Below, one piece after another: positions 47,999 to 56,604 of a stretch of 64,000 nt of DNA. Where the stretch lies: NCBI GenBank assembly GCA_036507075.1, contig DASXQR010000059.1, forward strand, positions 1 through 64,000, read 5' to 3'. Made by a program: the position numbers and the translations under genes. Within the stretch, counting starts at the first letter, position 1; each line of letters begins with the position of its first letter. The stretch comes from Acidobacteriota bacterium. GTDB lineage: Bacteria > Acidobacteriota > UBA6911 > JACQSX01. A model generated the notes under the pieces. That model saw only the letters and a program-made list of their open reading frames with translations, did no database searches and was not told the origin of the DNA.

Positions 47999-48928
47999 AT
48001 GGCGGTACATGAAAACGCACTGGGGATGGTCGGCAACACGCCGTTGGTCAATTTGAAACGGCTTTATAGCGGTCCGGGCTCCATTCTGGCGAAAGCCGAG
48101 TTTGTGCACCCGGGCGGGAGCGTGAAAGATCGTGCCGCGCTTCGCATCATCTCCGATGCTTATAAAAACAAGGTGTTGCGCCCTGACCAACCCGTCGTGG
48201 AGATGACCAGCGGCAACATGGGTGCAGGGCTTGCTGTGGTTTGTAACGTAACGGGCAACCCTTTTATCGCAGTCATGTCGGTGGGCAACAGCCCGGAGCG
48301 CGCCAAAATGCTTCAGGCCCTTGGAACGGAAGTGGTGCTCACTGCGCAGGTGGACGGCCGGCCGGGACAGGTAACCGGCGCGGATATCAGCGCAGCCGTG
48401 GAGCAAGCCAGGAAGATCGCCCATGAAAGAGGCGCCTTCTACGTGGATCAATTCAACAACCCGGGAACGGTGCGCGCGCATGAGGACGGAACAGGGCCTG
48501 AGATTTGGACTGATCTTGGCAATGGCATCGACGCTTTTGTCGCCTCGATCGGAAGCGGCGGTACTTTTGTTGGAACTTCCCGATTCTTGAAGCGCCAAAG
48601 GGCTCAGATTCGGTGCGCGGCCGTCGAGCCGGACGGTTGCGAAGTGCTGGCGGGAAAACCGGTGGGCAAGAGCAGACATCTGCTCCAGGGAACCGGTTAC
48701 GGCATCGTTCCACCGCAATGGGATGCCTCCCTTGCTGATTTTTTCTTTTCTGTGTCAGACAGCGAAGCAACCCATTTCCGGGAATTGTTGGCGCTCAAGG
48801 AAGGCCTGCACGTCGGTTTTTCCGCCGCCGCGAACGTTTGTGCATCTGTGAAGTTGATCGAAAGCGGGAAATTGGGAAGAGCTCCGACCGTAGTGACCAT
48901 CCTCTGTGATACGGGTTTGAAGTATTGA
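47999..48928 (+). CDS. PLP-dependent cysteine synthase family protein
   Basis: VGNTPLV, KAEFVHPGGSVKDRAA, EMTSGNMG, DQFNNP, GSGGTFVG, TILCDTGLKY. Confidence 0.9.
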   Translation: MAVHENALGMVGNTPLVNLKRLYSGPGSILAKAEFVHPGGSVKDRAALRIISDAYKNKVLRPDQPVVEMTSGNMGAGLAVVCNVTGNPFIAVMSVGNSPERAKMLQALGTEVVLTAQVDGRPGQVTGADISAAVEQARKIAHERGAFYVDQFNNPGTVRAHEDGTGPEIWTDLGNGIDAFVASIGSGGTFVGTSRFLKRQRAQIRCAAVEPDGCEVLAGKPVGKSRHLLQGTGYGIVPPQWDASLADFFFSVSDSEATHFRELLALKEGLHVGFSAAANVCASVKLIESGKLGRAPTVVTILCDTGLKY

Positions 48929-48937
48929 TCTCCAAGC

Positions 48938-49160
48938 CCGACCGAACCGCGCGCGTAAGCAAGCGGACCCGCCGCGCAGATTTGCCACGAAGGCACGAAG
49001 ACACGAAGGACAACAATTGAATTAGAAGTTCCACTTCTCCGACAACCTGGATCGCGTTATGAGAAGTGTCACTTCAAAATGAATACCGATTCTTCGTGCC
49101 TTCGTGCCTTCGTGGCAAATCTCCGCCGAGAGTCCGCTTGCTTACGCGCGGTTCGGTCGG
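48938..49160. repeat. REP doublet enclosing a 9-mer inverted element
   Basis: ccgaccgaaccgcgcgcgtaagcaagcggac ... tgccacgaaggcacgaagacacgaag ... cttcgtgccttcgtgccttcgtggca ... gtccgcttgcttacgcgcggttcggtcgg. Confidence 0.85.
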
Positions 49161-49302
49161 CTCGCGCGTCCTCCTGCACTGCAGAATCAATTAGCGAACA
49201 AGTTGGAAAATTTCCGCTGCCGGTACTATGATGGTTAATGTTTCCACTCAATTTAAGCCGTTTATTTTTTGCTCGGAAAAATCCGTTGCAGGAGGATTCC
49301 TT

Positions 49303-50652
49303 ATGACCAGGCATTCCTTGAATCGCAGGCAGTTCCTACAGAACAGCGCTCTGGCTGGAGGATTGGGTTTGGTTGCCGGCCGCGAAGCACTCGCTTCGCA
49401 GGAGAATAATCGCGTTTCAGCCAATGACCGCATCACGGTCGGCATGATTGGCGTCGGTGCCCGCGCCCATGAGTTGCTCAGGGCAATTCTGAACATCCAG
49501 GGCACGGAAATCGTCGGCGTCTGCGACGCTTACAGGGGCAGGCTGGAGCGGGCGGTTGAAAGGACCGGCGGACGGGCCAAGGTGTATCCGGATTACCGCC
49601 AGATTCTGGCCGACAAGGGAATCGACGCAGTCGTCATCGCCACTCCCGATCACCTGCACAAGAGCATGGCGATCGATGCCGTGCGTGCCGGAAAAGACGT
49701 TTATATCGAAAAGCCGCTCACCTATGCGGTCGACGAAGGCAATGAAATCATTGCCGCCGTGAAAAGCACCGGACGAATTTTTCAGGTCGGAAGCCAGGGA
49801 ATCAGTACGGCGATTCAGCAAAAAGCGCGCGAAGTCATCAAATCAGGAGCGCTCGGCCAGATCACGATGATTCGTGCCTTCTACAACCGCAACACCCCCG
49901 GAGGCGCGTGGATCTATCCCATTCCGCCCGACGCATCTCCCGAAACGGTCAACTGGGAAATGTTCCTCGGGCCCGCGCCCAAGCGTCCTTTCAACCTGGA
50001 ACGATTTTTCCGGTGGCGCTGTTTCTGGGATTATTCCGGAGGTATCGCCACTGACCTGTTCGTACACCTGATGACCACGATCCATTATGTAATGGGGGCG
50101 AAGATGGCGTCCAAAGCGACGGCGCTATCCGCGCTCTACAAGTGGAAGGAAACCCGCGACGTGCCCGACACGATTAATGCGGTGCTCGAGTATCCCGAGG
50201 GCTTCATGGTGAATTTGAGCGGAACCTTCAACAACCAGATGAGGGATGAAGGCGGCTTCCATATCCTTGGCACCAACGCAAGCCTGGTTCTGGGTTCCAG
50301 CCTGACTCTTATTCCTGAAAATGTCGTCGATGACAACGCCTGGATCGTGGAAAGCTGGCCAAAGAGACTGCAGGAACAGTACTACAAGGATCCGAAGGTT
50401 CAAAAATCAGAGATGCCGCAGACCTGGCCACCCGCGGTTATCACCGGTTCTCAAAAGTGGGAGGGTGTCGGTCAGGAGTCCACGCTGATCCATTTGTCGA
50501 ATTTCTTCAACTCGGTGAAGAGCCGGACCGAACCGGTTGAAAGTGCGCTGGTGGGACATCGGGCCGCCGCTGTGGCCCACATGGTCAACGAAGCGGCCCG
50601 CAAGGAGAAAACGGTCTACTGGGATTACCCGCGGGAAACCTTCAAGGCGTAG
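49303..50652 (+). CDS. Gfo/Idh/MocA oxidoreductase with Tat signal
   Basis: ggagga RBS; NRRQFLQ; GMIGVGAR; ATPDHLH; YIEKP; QVGSQ; TDLFVH. Confidence 0.9.
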   Translation: MTRHSLNRRQFLQNSALAGGLGLVAGREALASQENNRVSANDRITVGMIGVGARAHELLRAILNIQGTEIVGVCDAYRGRLERAVERTGGRAKVYPDYRQILADKGIDAVVIATPDHLHKSMAIDAVRAGKDVYIEKPLTYAVDEGNEIIAAVKSTGRIFQVGSQGISTAIQQKAREVIKSGALGQITMIRAFYNRNTPGGAWIYPIPPDASPETVNWEMFLGPAPKRPFNLERFFRWRCFWDYSGGIATDLFVHLMTTIHYVMGAKMASKATALSALYKWKETRDVPDTINAVLEYPEGFMVNLSGTFNNQMRDEGGFHILGTNASLVLGSSLTLIPENVVDDNAWIVESWPKRLQEQYYKDPKVQKSEMPQTWPPAVITGSQKWEGVGQESTLIHLSNFFNSVKSRTEPVESALVGHRAAAVAHMVNEAARKEKTVYWDYPRETFKA

Positions 50653-50662
50653 TGGAGGAACC

Positions 50663-51856
50663 ATGAATCGCAGATTTTTCTTAAAAGCTGCCGGAGCAAT
50701 CTCCGGACTGGGCGCAGGGTTTCGACCGGGAACGGTTTCAGCCCTGTCTTCGCCGCATATCTATTCAGAATTGGGGATCAAGCCCTTTATCAACGCTGCC
50801 GGGACCTATACGACCTTGAGCGGATCGGTAATGGCCGATGAAGTGAGGAAAGCGATGGAGCAGGCTGGAAGTGCTCATGTCTCCATTCCTGAGCTCCAGG
50901 CTGCAGTGGGAAAGCGAATTGCGGAGATGGTGGGCGCCGAGGGGGCGTTGGTGACCGCGGGCTGCGCGGCTGCTTTGACGCTGGCAACGGCGGCTTGTAT
51001 TGCAGGCAAGGATCCTGAAAAGATCCGCCGTGTTCCCGACACGTCCGGTTTGAAGAATGAAGTGATCTGCCAGAAGACGCATCGGGTCGGCTACGATCAC
51101 GCCATCCGAAACGTGGGAGCAAAGATCATCGAAGTGGAAACTCGAGATCAACTGATGAACGCCGTTTCGGACAGAACGGCTATGTTTTTCTTCCTCAACT
51201 ATTCCGATCCGAGGGGAAATATAAAACGCGAAGAATACGCTCAGATCGCCAACAGGCTGGGGATCCCATGCCTGATCGACGCCGCCGCCGATCTTCCTCC
51301 AATCGAGAACCTGCGCGCTTTCACCCGCATCGGCTTTGACCTGGCCGCCTTCAGCGGCGGCAAGGGCTTGTGCGGGCCGCAGTGCTCGGGCTTGCTCATT
51401 GGAAAGAAGCAATTGATAGAGGCTGCCTTTTTGAACGGCTCGCCCCATTCCGATTCCGTGGGACGGGTGGCCAAGGTGGGCAAGGAAGAGATTGTAGGCC
51501 TGTACAAAGCCCTCCAGCTTTATCTGAGGCGCGACCAGAAAGCGCAATGGGAGGACTGGGAGCGAAGGGTATCAGTGATAGATCGAGAGCTTGGCCGTGT
51601 TGCAGGACTGAAAACGGAACGCTTCGTTCCGGTCATCGCCAACGGATCGCCGCACCTGAGAGTGCAATGGAATCCGCAACAACTTCCTCTCACCGCCAGA
51701 CAGGTGGTGGAGAGGCTACGGTCGGGAGAACCGCGCATTGAGCTGCGTCCCGGCAGCGAGGAAGGCAAGAACATGGTGGAAGTTTCCGTATGGATGCTGC
51801 ATCCGGGCGAGGAAAAGATCGTGGCACGCCGAATTCGCGAAACGTTCAAAACTTAG
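50663..51856 (+). CDS. SelA-like / DgaE-family PLP-dependent enzyme with Tat-type leader
   Basis: MNRRFFLK; FINAAGTYTTLSGS, LIDAAA, FSGGKGLCGPQCSG (PLP Lys), GRVAKVGKEEIVG. Confidence 0.8.
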   Translation: MNRRFFLKAAGAISGLGAGFRPGTVSALSSPHIYSELGIKPFINAAGTYTTLSGSVMADEVRKAMEQAGSAHVSIPELQAAVGKRIAEMVGAEGALVTAGCAAALTLATAACIAGKDPEKIRRVPDTSGLKNEVICQKTHRVGYDHAIRNVGAKIIEVETRDQLMNAVSDRTAMFFFLNYSDPRGNIKREEYAQIANRLGIPCLIDAAADLPPIENLRAFTRIGFDLAAFSGGKGLCGPQCSGLLIGKKQLIEAAFLNGSPHSDSVGRVAKVGKEEIVGLYKALQLYLRRDQKAQWEDWERRVSVIDRELGRVAGLKTERFVPVIANGSPHLRVQWNPQQLPLTARQVVERLRSGEPRIELRPGSEEGKNMVEVSVWMLHPGEEKIVARRIRETFKT

Positions 51857-51868
51857 TCGACTTTCGAT

Positions 51869-53086
51869 TTAACGTTCCGCAACCACGAACGTAATCTCGA
51901 CCCGCGCCGTTCCCACCAACCTGGAAACGGCAACGCAGGTGCGGGCCGGCGGATCTGATTTGAAGTAGCTGCGATAGACGGCATTCATCCTGGCGTAGTC
52001 GTCGATGTCGGTCAGATAAACTTTCGCTTCGGTGACATCCCCGTAGTCTTTGCCGGTACCCTTCAAAACGGCCCCCAATCCATCCATGACTTCTTTCACT
52101 TGAGCTTCCAGATCTTCAACGGAACCGGCCTTACCGGCGGGATAGACGCGACCCGCTGTCTCAACGGCCTGGCTGAAGTTCGGGCTTGGTTTTATTCCTT
52201 CCGGCGGAGGAATCACCTTCTTTTGCGCGCGGCTGGCAATGACCGTGATTTCCACGGGAGTGCCGCGCGGAAGCGCGGAAACGCCGACAGTGGTCCGCGC
52301 CGGAGGATCGGTCTTGAAAAAGCTGCGGTAGACATCATTCATCTTTTGAAAGTCGTCCATGTTCGAGAGGTAGACGTTCGACGAGACGACCTGAGAGAAG
52401 TCCATACCGGCGGCCTTCAGAATAGTCGATACGTTTTCCAAGGTCTGCCGCACGTGATCCTCAATCGCGCCTTCCGGGGCAACTCCCGTCTTCAAGCTGC
52501 GGCTCCCCTGTCCGGACAAATACAGCAGATCACCCGACATCATCGCGGGGCTGTAGGGAGCATTGGGGCTCGGCTTGTATCCTTCGTACCGAATTATTTT
52601 CTTCGGAGCCGTCGACGCGATAAATGTGATTTCCACCTGGGATCCCCCGGGCAACGCGGGAACGGCCACCGTGGTTCGCGCTGGGGGCTCGCCGGCAAAA
52701 TAGGTCCGATAAACCTCGTTCATGCGATCAAAGTTGTTGATATCAGTGAGATACACGTTGGAGCACACCACGTTGGAAAAGTCCATACCGCCTGCCCGGA
52801 GCACGGCTCCCAGATTCTCCAGAGACTGCTTGACCTGCGCTTCAAAGCCCTCCGGGTGCCGGCCGGTTGCGGGATCGCGACTTCCCTGCCCTGCCAGATA
52901 AAGTGTGTTCCCCACAAGAATCCCCGGGCTCAAGATAGGCGGAGCTGCGGGAGTCGCGGCGGCGGCCGGCGCTACCGGACCTGAATCGGCTCGTTGCGGG
53001 CGAACCACCTTCCTTCCGGAAGATTGAGCTTTGCTGAGCGTCAGGAGCAGCACCAGGATGCCGAGAAGTGTGATGGTCGCTTTCAT
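51869..53086 (-). CDS. Secreted protein with three tandem RidA (YjgF/YER057c/UK114) domains
   Basis: Signal peptide, then three repeats of VYL.D...F/Y..MN.VY..F...PPART.V.V..L....VEIT. Confidence 0.88.
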   Translation of the reverse strand: MKATITLLGILVLLLTLSKAQSSGRKVVRPQRADSGPVAPAAAATPAAPPILSPGILVGNTLYLAGQGSRDPATGRHPEGFEAQVKQSLENLGAVLRAGGMDFSNVVCSNVYLTDINNFDRMNEVYRTYFAGEPPARTTVAVPALPGGSQVEITFIASTAPKKIIRYEGYKPSPNAPYSPAMMSGDLLYLSGQGSRSLKTGVAPEGAIEDHVRQTLENVSTILKAAGMDFSQVVSSNVYLSNMDDFQKMNDVYRSFFKTDPPARTTVGVSALPRGTPVEITVIASRAQKKVIPPPEGIKPSPNFSQAVETAGRVYPAGKAGSVEDLEAQVKEVMDGLGAVLKGTGKDYGDVTEAKVYLTDIDDYARMNAVYRSYFKSDPPARTCVAVSRLVGTARVEITFVVAER

Positions 53087-53188
53087 TGGTCCTCCCACAG
53101 TTCGCATGTGGAGTCTCAACCACAAAGACACGAAGGACACAAAGGTACCACGTGAAGCCGGCCGAGGCCAGTCGTCTGGCGGGATCAG

Positions 53189-54595
53189 TTATTTCGTGGT
53201 CTTTGCTTTATGGTGAGATTCTTTCGGCAAAGAGACGACAGGGACTTCAGCAGCCTGAAACAGGTCGGGGTATCGATCGCGGGCACACGACGGACAGAGG
53301 CCGTGCGTGAATTCGGCATCGGAGTGCTTTTCAATGTAAGCCTCCAACTGTTCCCAGTAACCTTGGTCATCGCGAACTTTGCGGCAGGTAGCGCAAATCG
53401 GCAGCAGCCCCTTCAGCGCCTTTACGTTCATAACGGCTTCCTGCAGCTCATGAACCATCTTCTCGCGTTCCTCTGCCTGCTTTTTCATGGACGTGATGTC
53501 ACGGGCCGTGGCGTAAATCACTTCTTCGGCAAAATAGGCGATCGCGTTCCACAGGAACCAGCGATAAGTCCCATCTTTATGGCAGAGGCGGTTTTCGAAG
53601 GACATGGAAGCCGCTCCAATGCGCAGCTTCTGAAATTCGGCGCTGGTGGCATCCCGATCATCATGATGCACTAAGTCGATGAACGAGCGTGTCATCAGTT
53701 CTTTGACAGTGTAGCCGAGCTTCCTGGACCAGGCCGGACTTACAAGCTTTATGAAGCCGTCAAAATTGATAATGCAGAGGATATCCAGCGACAATGTAAA
53801 GAAACGATCGCGCTCGTCGGCCACGCGCTTTTGCTGCGTGATGTTGCGGTCGATGGTAGACGCGCCCGTGATATTGCCGGCTGAATCCTTTATGGGAGAG
53901 ACGGTGAGAGCCACGTGAATGCGCCGCCCGTTCTTCTTGACGCGCTCGGTTTCGTAATGTTCCACTCGCTCACCCTGCTTGATTCTCCCAAGAATTTCCG
54001 TGAAATCATGCCGGTCGGGCGGCACCAGTATGGATAAGGAACGCCCTTTCATTTCATCCCCCAGGTACCCGTAGATCCGCTCCGCACCGGGGTTCCAGGA
54101 GACAACCGTGCCATCGAGCATAAGGCCGATAATGGCGTCGTCGGACGACTCGACAATGGCCGCCAGACGGTTGCGCGCCTCCTCCAACTCCTTGCGCTTT
54201 GTCACATCCCGGATGGCGGCAATCCTGGCGGGTCTTCCACTGTAGATCGCCTGTTTCACGCACAGGTCCAGTGTTATCGGAGACCCGTCCTTTTTCACAC
54301 CCACGAATTCACAGGGGACAGCAAAGGCTTCTTCCAACTGCAGGTTCACCGCGGCGTGGTAATCGGGATGAATAAAATAGGTGAGAGACTTCTGGAACAT
54401 CTCCTCCACGCTGTGACCGAACATCTCGGCGCAAGTCTGATTGACCGACTGGATAACGCCTTCCTGATAGATCATGAATCCGTGAAACGCATTGTCGACG
54501 GCGGACCGGTAGCGCTCCTCGCTCTCTTCAAGCGCCAGGCATACATTGCGCAGTTCACCCAGCATTCCCCGGATCAGTTGTGGGTCTGTTTCCAT
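53189..54595 (-). CDS. Three-PAS-domain protein with C-terminal CxxC..H..CxxC module
   Basis: Three PAS domains (e.g. AIVESSDDAII..SWNPGAERIYGY); tail LKGLLPICATCRKVRDDQGYWEQLEAYI..FTHGLCPSC. Confidence 0.85.
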   Translation of the reverse strand: METDPQLIRGMLGELRNVCLALEESEERYRSAVDNAFHGFMIYQEGVIQSVNQTCAEMFGHSVEEMFQKSLTYFIHPDYHAAVNLQLEEAFAVPCEFVGVKKDGSPITLDLCVKQAIYSGRPARIAAIRDVTKRKELEEARNRLAAIVESSDDAIIGLMLDGTVVSWNPGAERIYGYLGDEMKGRSLSILVPPDRHDFTEILGRIKQGERVEHYETERVKKNGRRIHVALTVSPIKDSAGNITGASTIDRNITQQKRVADERDRFFTLSLDILCIINFDGFIKLVSPAWSRKLGYTVKELMTRSFIDLVHHDDRDATSAEFQKLRIGAASMSFENRLCHKDGTYRWFLWNAIAYFAEEVIYATARDITSMKKQAEEREKMVHELQEAVMNVKALKGLLPICATCRKVRDDQGYWEQLEAYIEKHSDAEFTHGLCPSCARDRYPDLFQAAEVPVVSLPKESHHKAKTTK

Positions 54596-54781
54596 TTTTG
54601 TTTCAACTCCCCGCTGCTACTTACATTCCAGGAATTCGAATAAGAATTTGGGGACCACAAAGACACAAAGTCAGGACTAGCTAACAATCGATTCTTGATC
54701 ATTTTCCACTTTGGTAGAATCGACGCGGCCTGTATCCCCGAAACATTCTATATTTCGTGTTTTGTGATCTGACGCCAGCCT

Positions 54782-56395
54782 ATGCTTAGTTACGCGCGTG
54801 GTCCTGAGACGCCCCTTCTGGAAATGTCCATCCACGAATGTCTGTCGGTCACGGCCGAAAAATTCCCGGACCATGAGGCGTTGGTAGTTTCGCACGAGAA
54901 CAGGCGACTGACCTGGCGGGAGCTGCACGCCGAAGTGGAGCGTACGGCACGCGGCCTTGCAGGGTTGCGCCTGAAGCCGGGAGACCGGGTGGGAATCTGG
55001 GCCACCAATTGCGCGCCCTGGGTCTTCCTGCAACTGGCCTGCGCCCGGGCAGGCGTTGTGCTGGTCAACGTGAATCCGGCATACCGCTCTCACGAGCTCG
55101 GTTTTGTGCTTAAAAAGTCCGGCATGCAGGCCCTCTTCTTGCGCCGGCGAGACGAGCGCTCCGACTATTTCCCCATCCTTGAGCAGTCACTGCTGGAAAC
55201 AAACGCCCCCCTGCAGCATGTCGTATTTCTGGAAGAAGAGTCCTGGGAACAGATGCTGGCAGCAGGAAGCGATATCGCGCCGGCCTCGCGATCGGCTGAA
55301 GACGTTGCCAACATTCAATACACGTCAGGGACGACGGGGTCTCCCAAGGGGGTTCTGCTGACGCACCGCAATATCCTTAACAATGCCTGGCTTCTGGGCA
55401 GAAACCTCAAAATTAACGAGCGGGACCGCGTTTGTGTTCCCGTGCCGCTTTACCACTGCTTCGGCTGCGTTATCGGCACGCTGGTCTGTCTGGTCAGCGG
55501 CGCCGCGTTAATACTACCCTCGGCCTGCTTTGACCCGCTGGCGACCCTGCGGGCCGTGGAAGCGGAGAAAGCCACCGCGCTTTATGGTGTGCCAACCATG
55601 TTCATCTCGGAAATGGAACATCCCGAGTTTTCGCGGTTCAATTTGAAATCTCTCCGCACTGGAATCATGGCCGGCTCGCCGTGCCCGGTGGAAGTGATGA
55701 AACGCGTCTGCGATCAGATGCACTGCCGTGAAATAACAATCGCCTACGGGCAGACCGAAAGTTCTCCGGGAATCACCATGTCCCGAGTGGACGACAGCCT
55801 TGAATTGCGAGTTGCGACTGTCGGGTGCGCACTGCCTGACACTGAAGTCAAAATTGTTTCTCCCACCGGCAAAACAGTGCCCGCAGGCGAGCAGGGAGAG
55901 CTGTGCACCCGCGGATACCTGGTGATGAAGGGCTACGATGGCGAGCCGGAGGCCACGCGCAGCGCGATTGATGGGGAAGGCTGGCTGCACACGGGAGATC
56001 TGGCGATCATGCTGTCAAATGGATATTTTCGAATTACCGGCAGGGCAAAGGACATGATTATTCGCGGTGGTGAGAATATTTACCCGCGCGAGATCGAGGA
56101 GTTTTTGTATACCAACCCCAAAGTCGCCGATGCTTACGTGATCGGGCTCCCGGATGCAAAACTGGGAGAGGTGGTGCTCGCCTGGATCCGGCTGACAGCG
56201 GGCGCAAAGGCGACCGAGAAAGAGATTCAGGAATTTTGCCGCGGCAAAATTGCGCACTTCAAAATTCCACAGCACGTGCGATTCGTCGATTCATTCCCCA
56301 TGACTGTCACGGGCAAGGTGCAAAAGTACCGCATTCGCGAGCAGGAAATCCGGGAGCGCGCGCTGGAGCACACGGCCCGGATAGAGACGGCCTGA
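54782..56395 (+). CDS. AMP-dependent acyl-CoA synthetase (ACSF2/YngI-like)
   Basis: IQYTSGTTGSPKG, PLYHCFG, AYGQTESSP, WLHTGD, GRAKDMIIRGGENIYP, TVTGKVQK. Confidence 0.92.
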   Translation: MLSYARGPETPLLEMSIHECLSVTAEKFPDHEALVVSHENRRLTWRELHAEVERTARGLAGLRLKPGDRVGIWATNCAPWVFLQLACARAGVVLVNVNPAYRSHELGFVLKKSGMQALFLRRRDERSDYFPILEQSLLETNAPLQHVVFLEEESWEQMLAAGSDIAPASRSAEDVANIQYTSGTTGSPKGVLLTHRNILNNAWLLGRNLKINERDRVCVPVPLYHCFGCVIGTLVCLVSGAALILPSACFDPLATLRAVEAEKATALYGVPTMFISEMEHPEFSRFNLKSLRTGIMAGSPCPVEVMKRVCDQMHCREITIAYGQTESSPGITMSRVDDSLELRVATVGCALPDTEVKIVSPTGKTVPAGEQGELCTRGYLVMKGYDGEPEATRSAIDGEGWLHTGDLAIMLSNGYFRITGRAKDMIIRGGENIYPREIEEFLYTNPKVADAYVIGLPDAKLGEVVLAWIRLTAGAKATEKEIQEFCRGKIAHFKIPQHVRFVDSFPMTVTGKVQKYRIREQEIRERALEHTARIETA

Positions 56396-56604
56396 TCCGG
56401 TTTGCGGATCTGTGAAAGAATCCACCGCGAAGGCGCGAAACAAAAATCGCTCTACTTCTCCTCAGCGGTCCAGAACCGCAGATATTTCAGTACGGCGTTT
56501 CGTTTTGGCAGCCAGGTAATCTCTCTCATTTCGTGCTTTCGCGCTTTCACGGTTCCGGCTTTTTTACAACGACCGGGGTCGGCGTACAGTAAACTGGATG
56601 GCCG

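Noticed and set aside
50663..51856. Calling this gene selA because selD and Sec codons are nearby
   Set aside because: It is about 397 aa with a twin-arginine leader and lacks the N-terminal extension of true SelA. Motifs and context fit the DgaE-like branch better.
13277..53140. Longest-ORF starts for IDO, glpD, the TIM-barrel gene, DUF1080, cysteine synthase and RidA
   Set aside because: The N-terminal extensions translate 9-mer repeats or neighbouring sequence (e.g. MSSCLRG, MCSWCLCGE, MSFVSLWL). Downstream starts fit the family N-termini better, several with a clear RBS.
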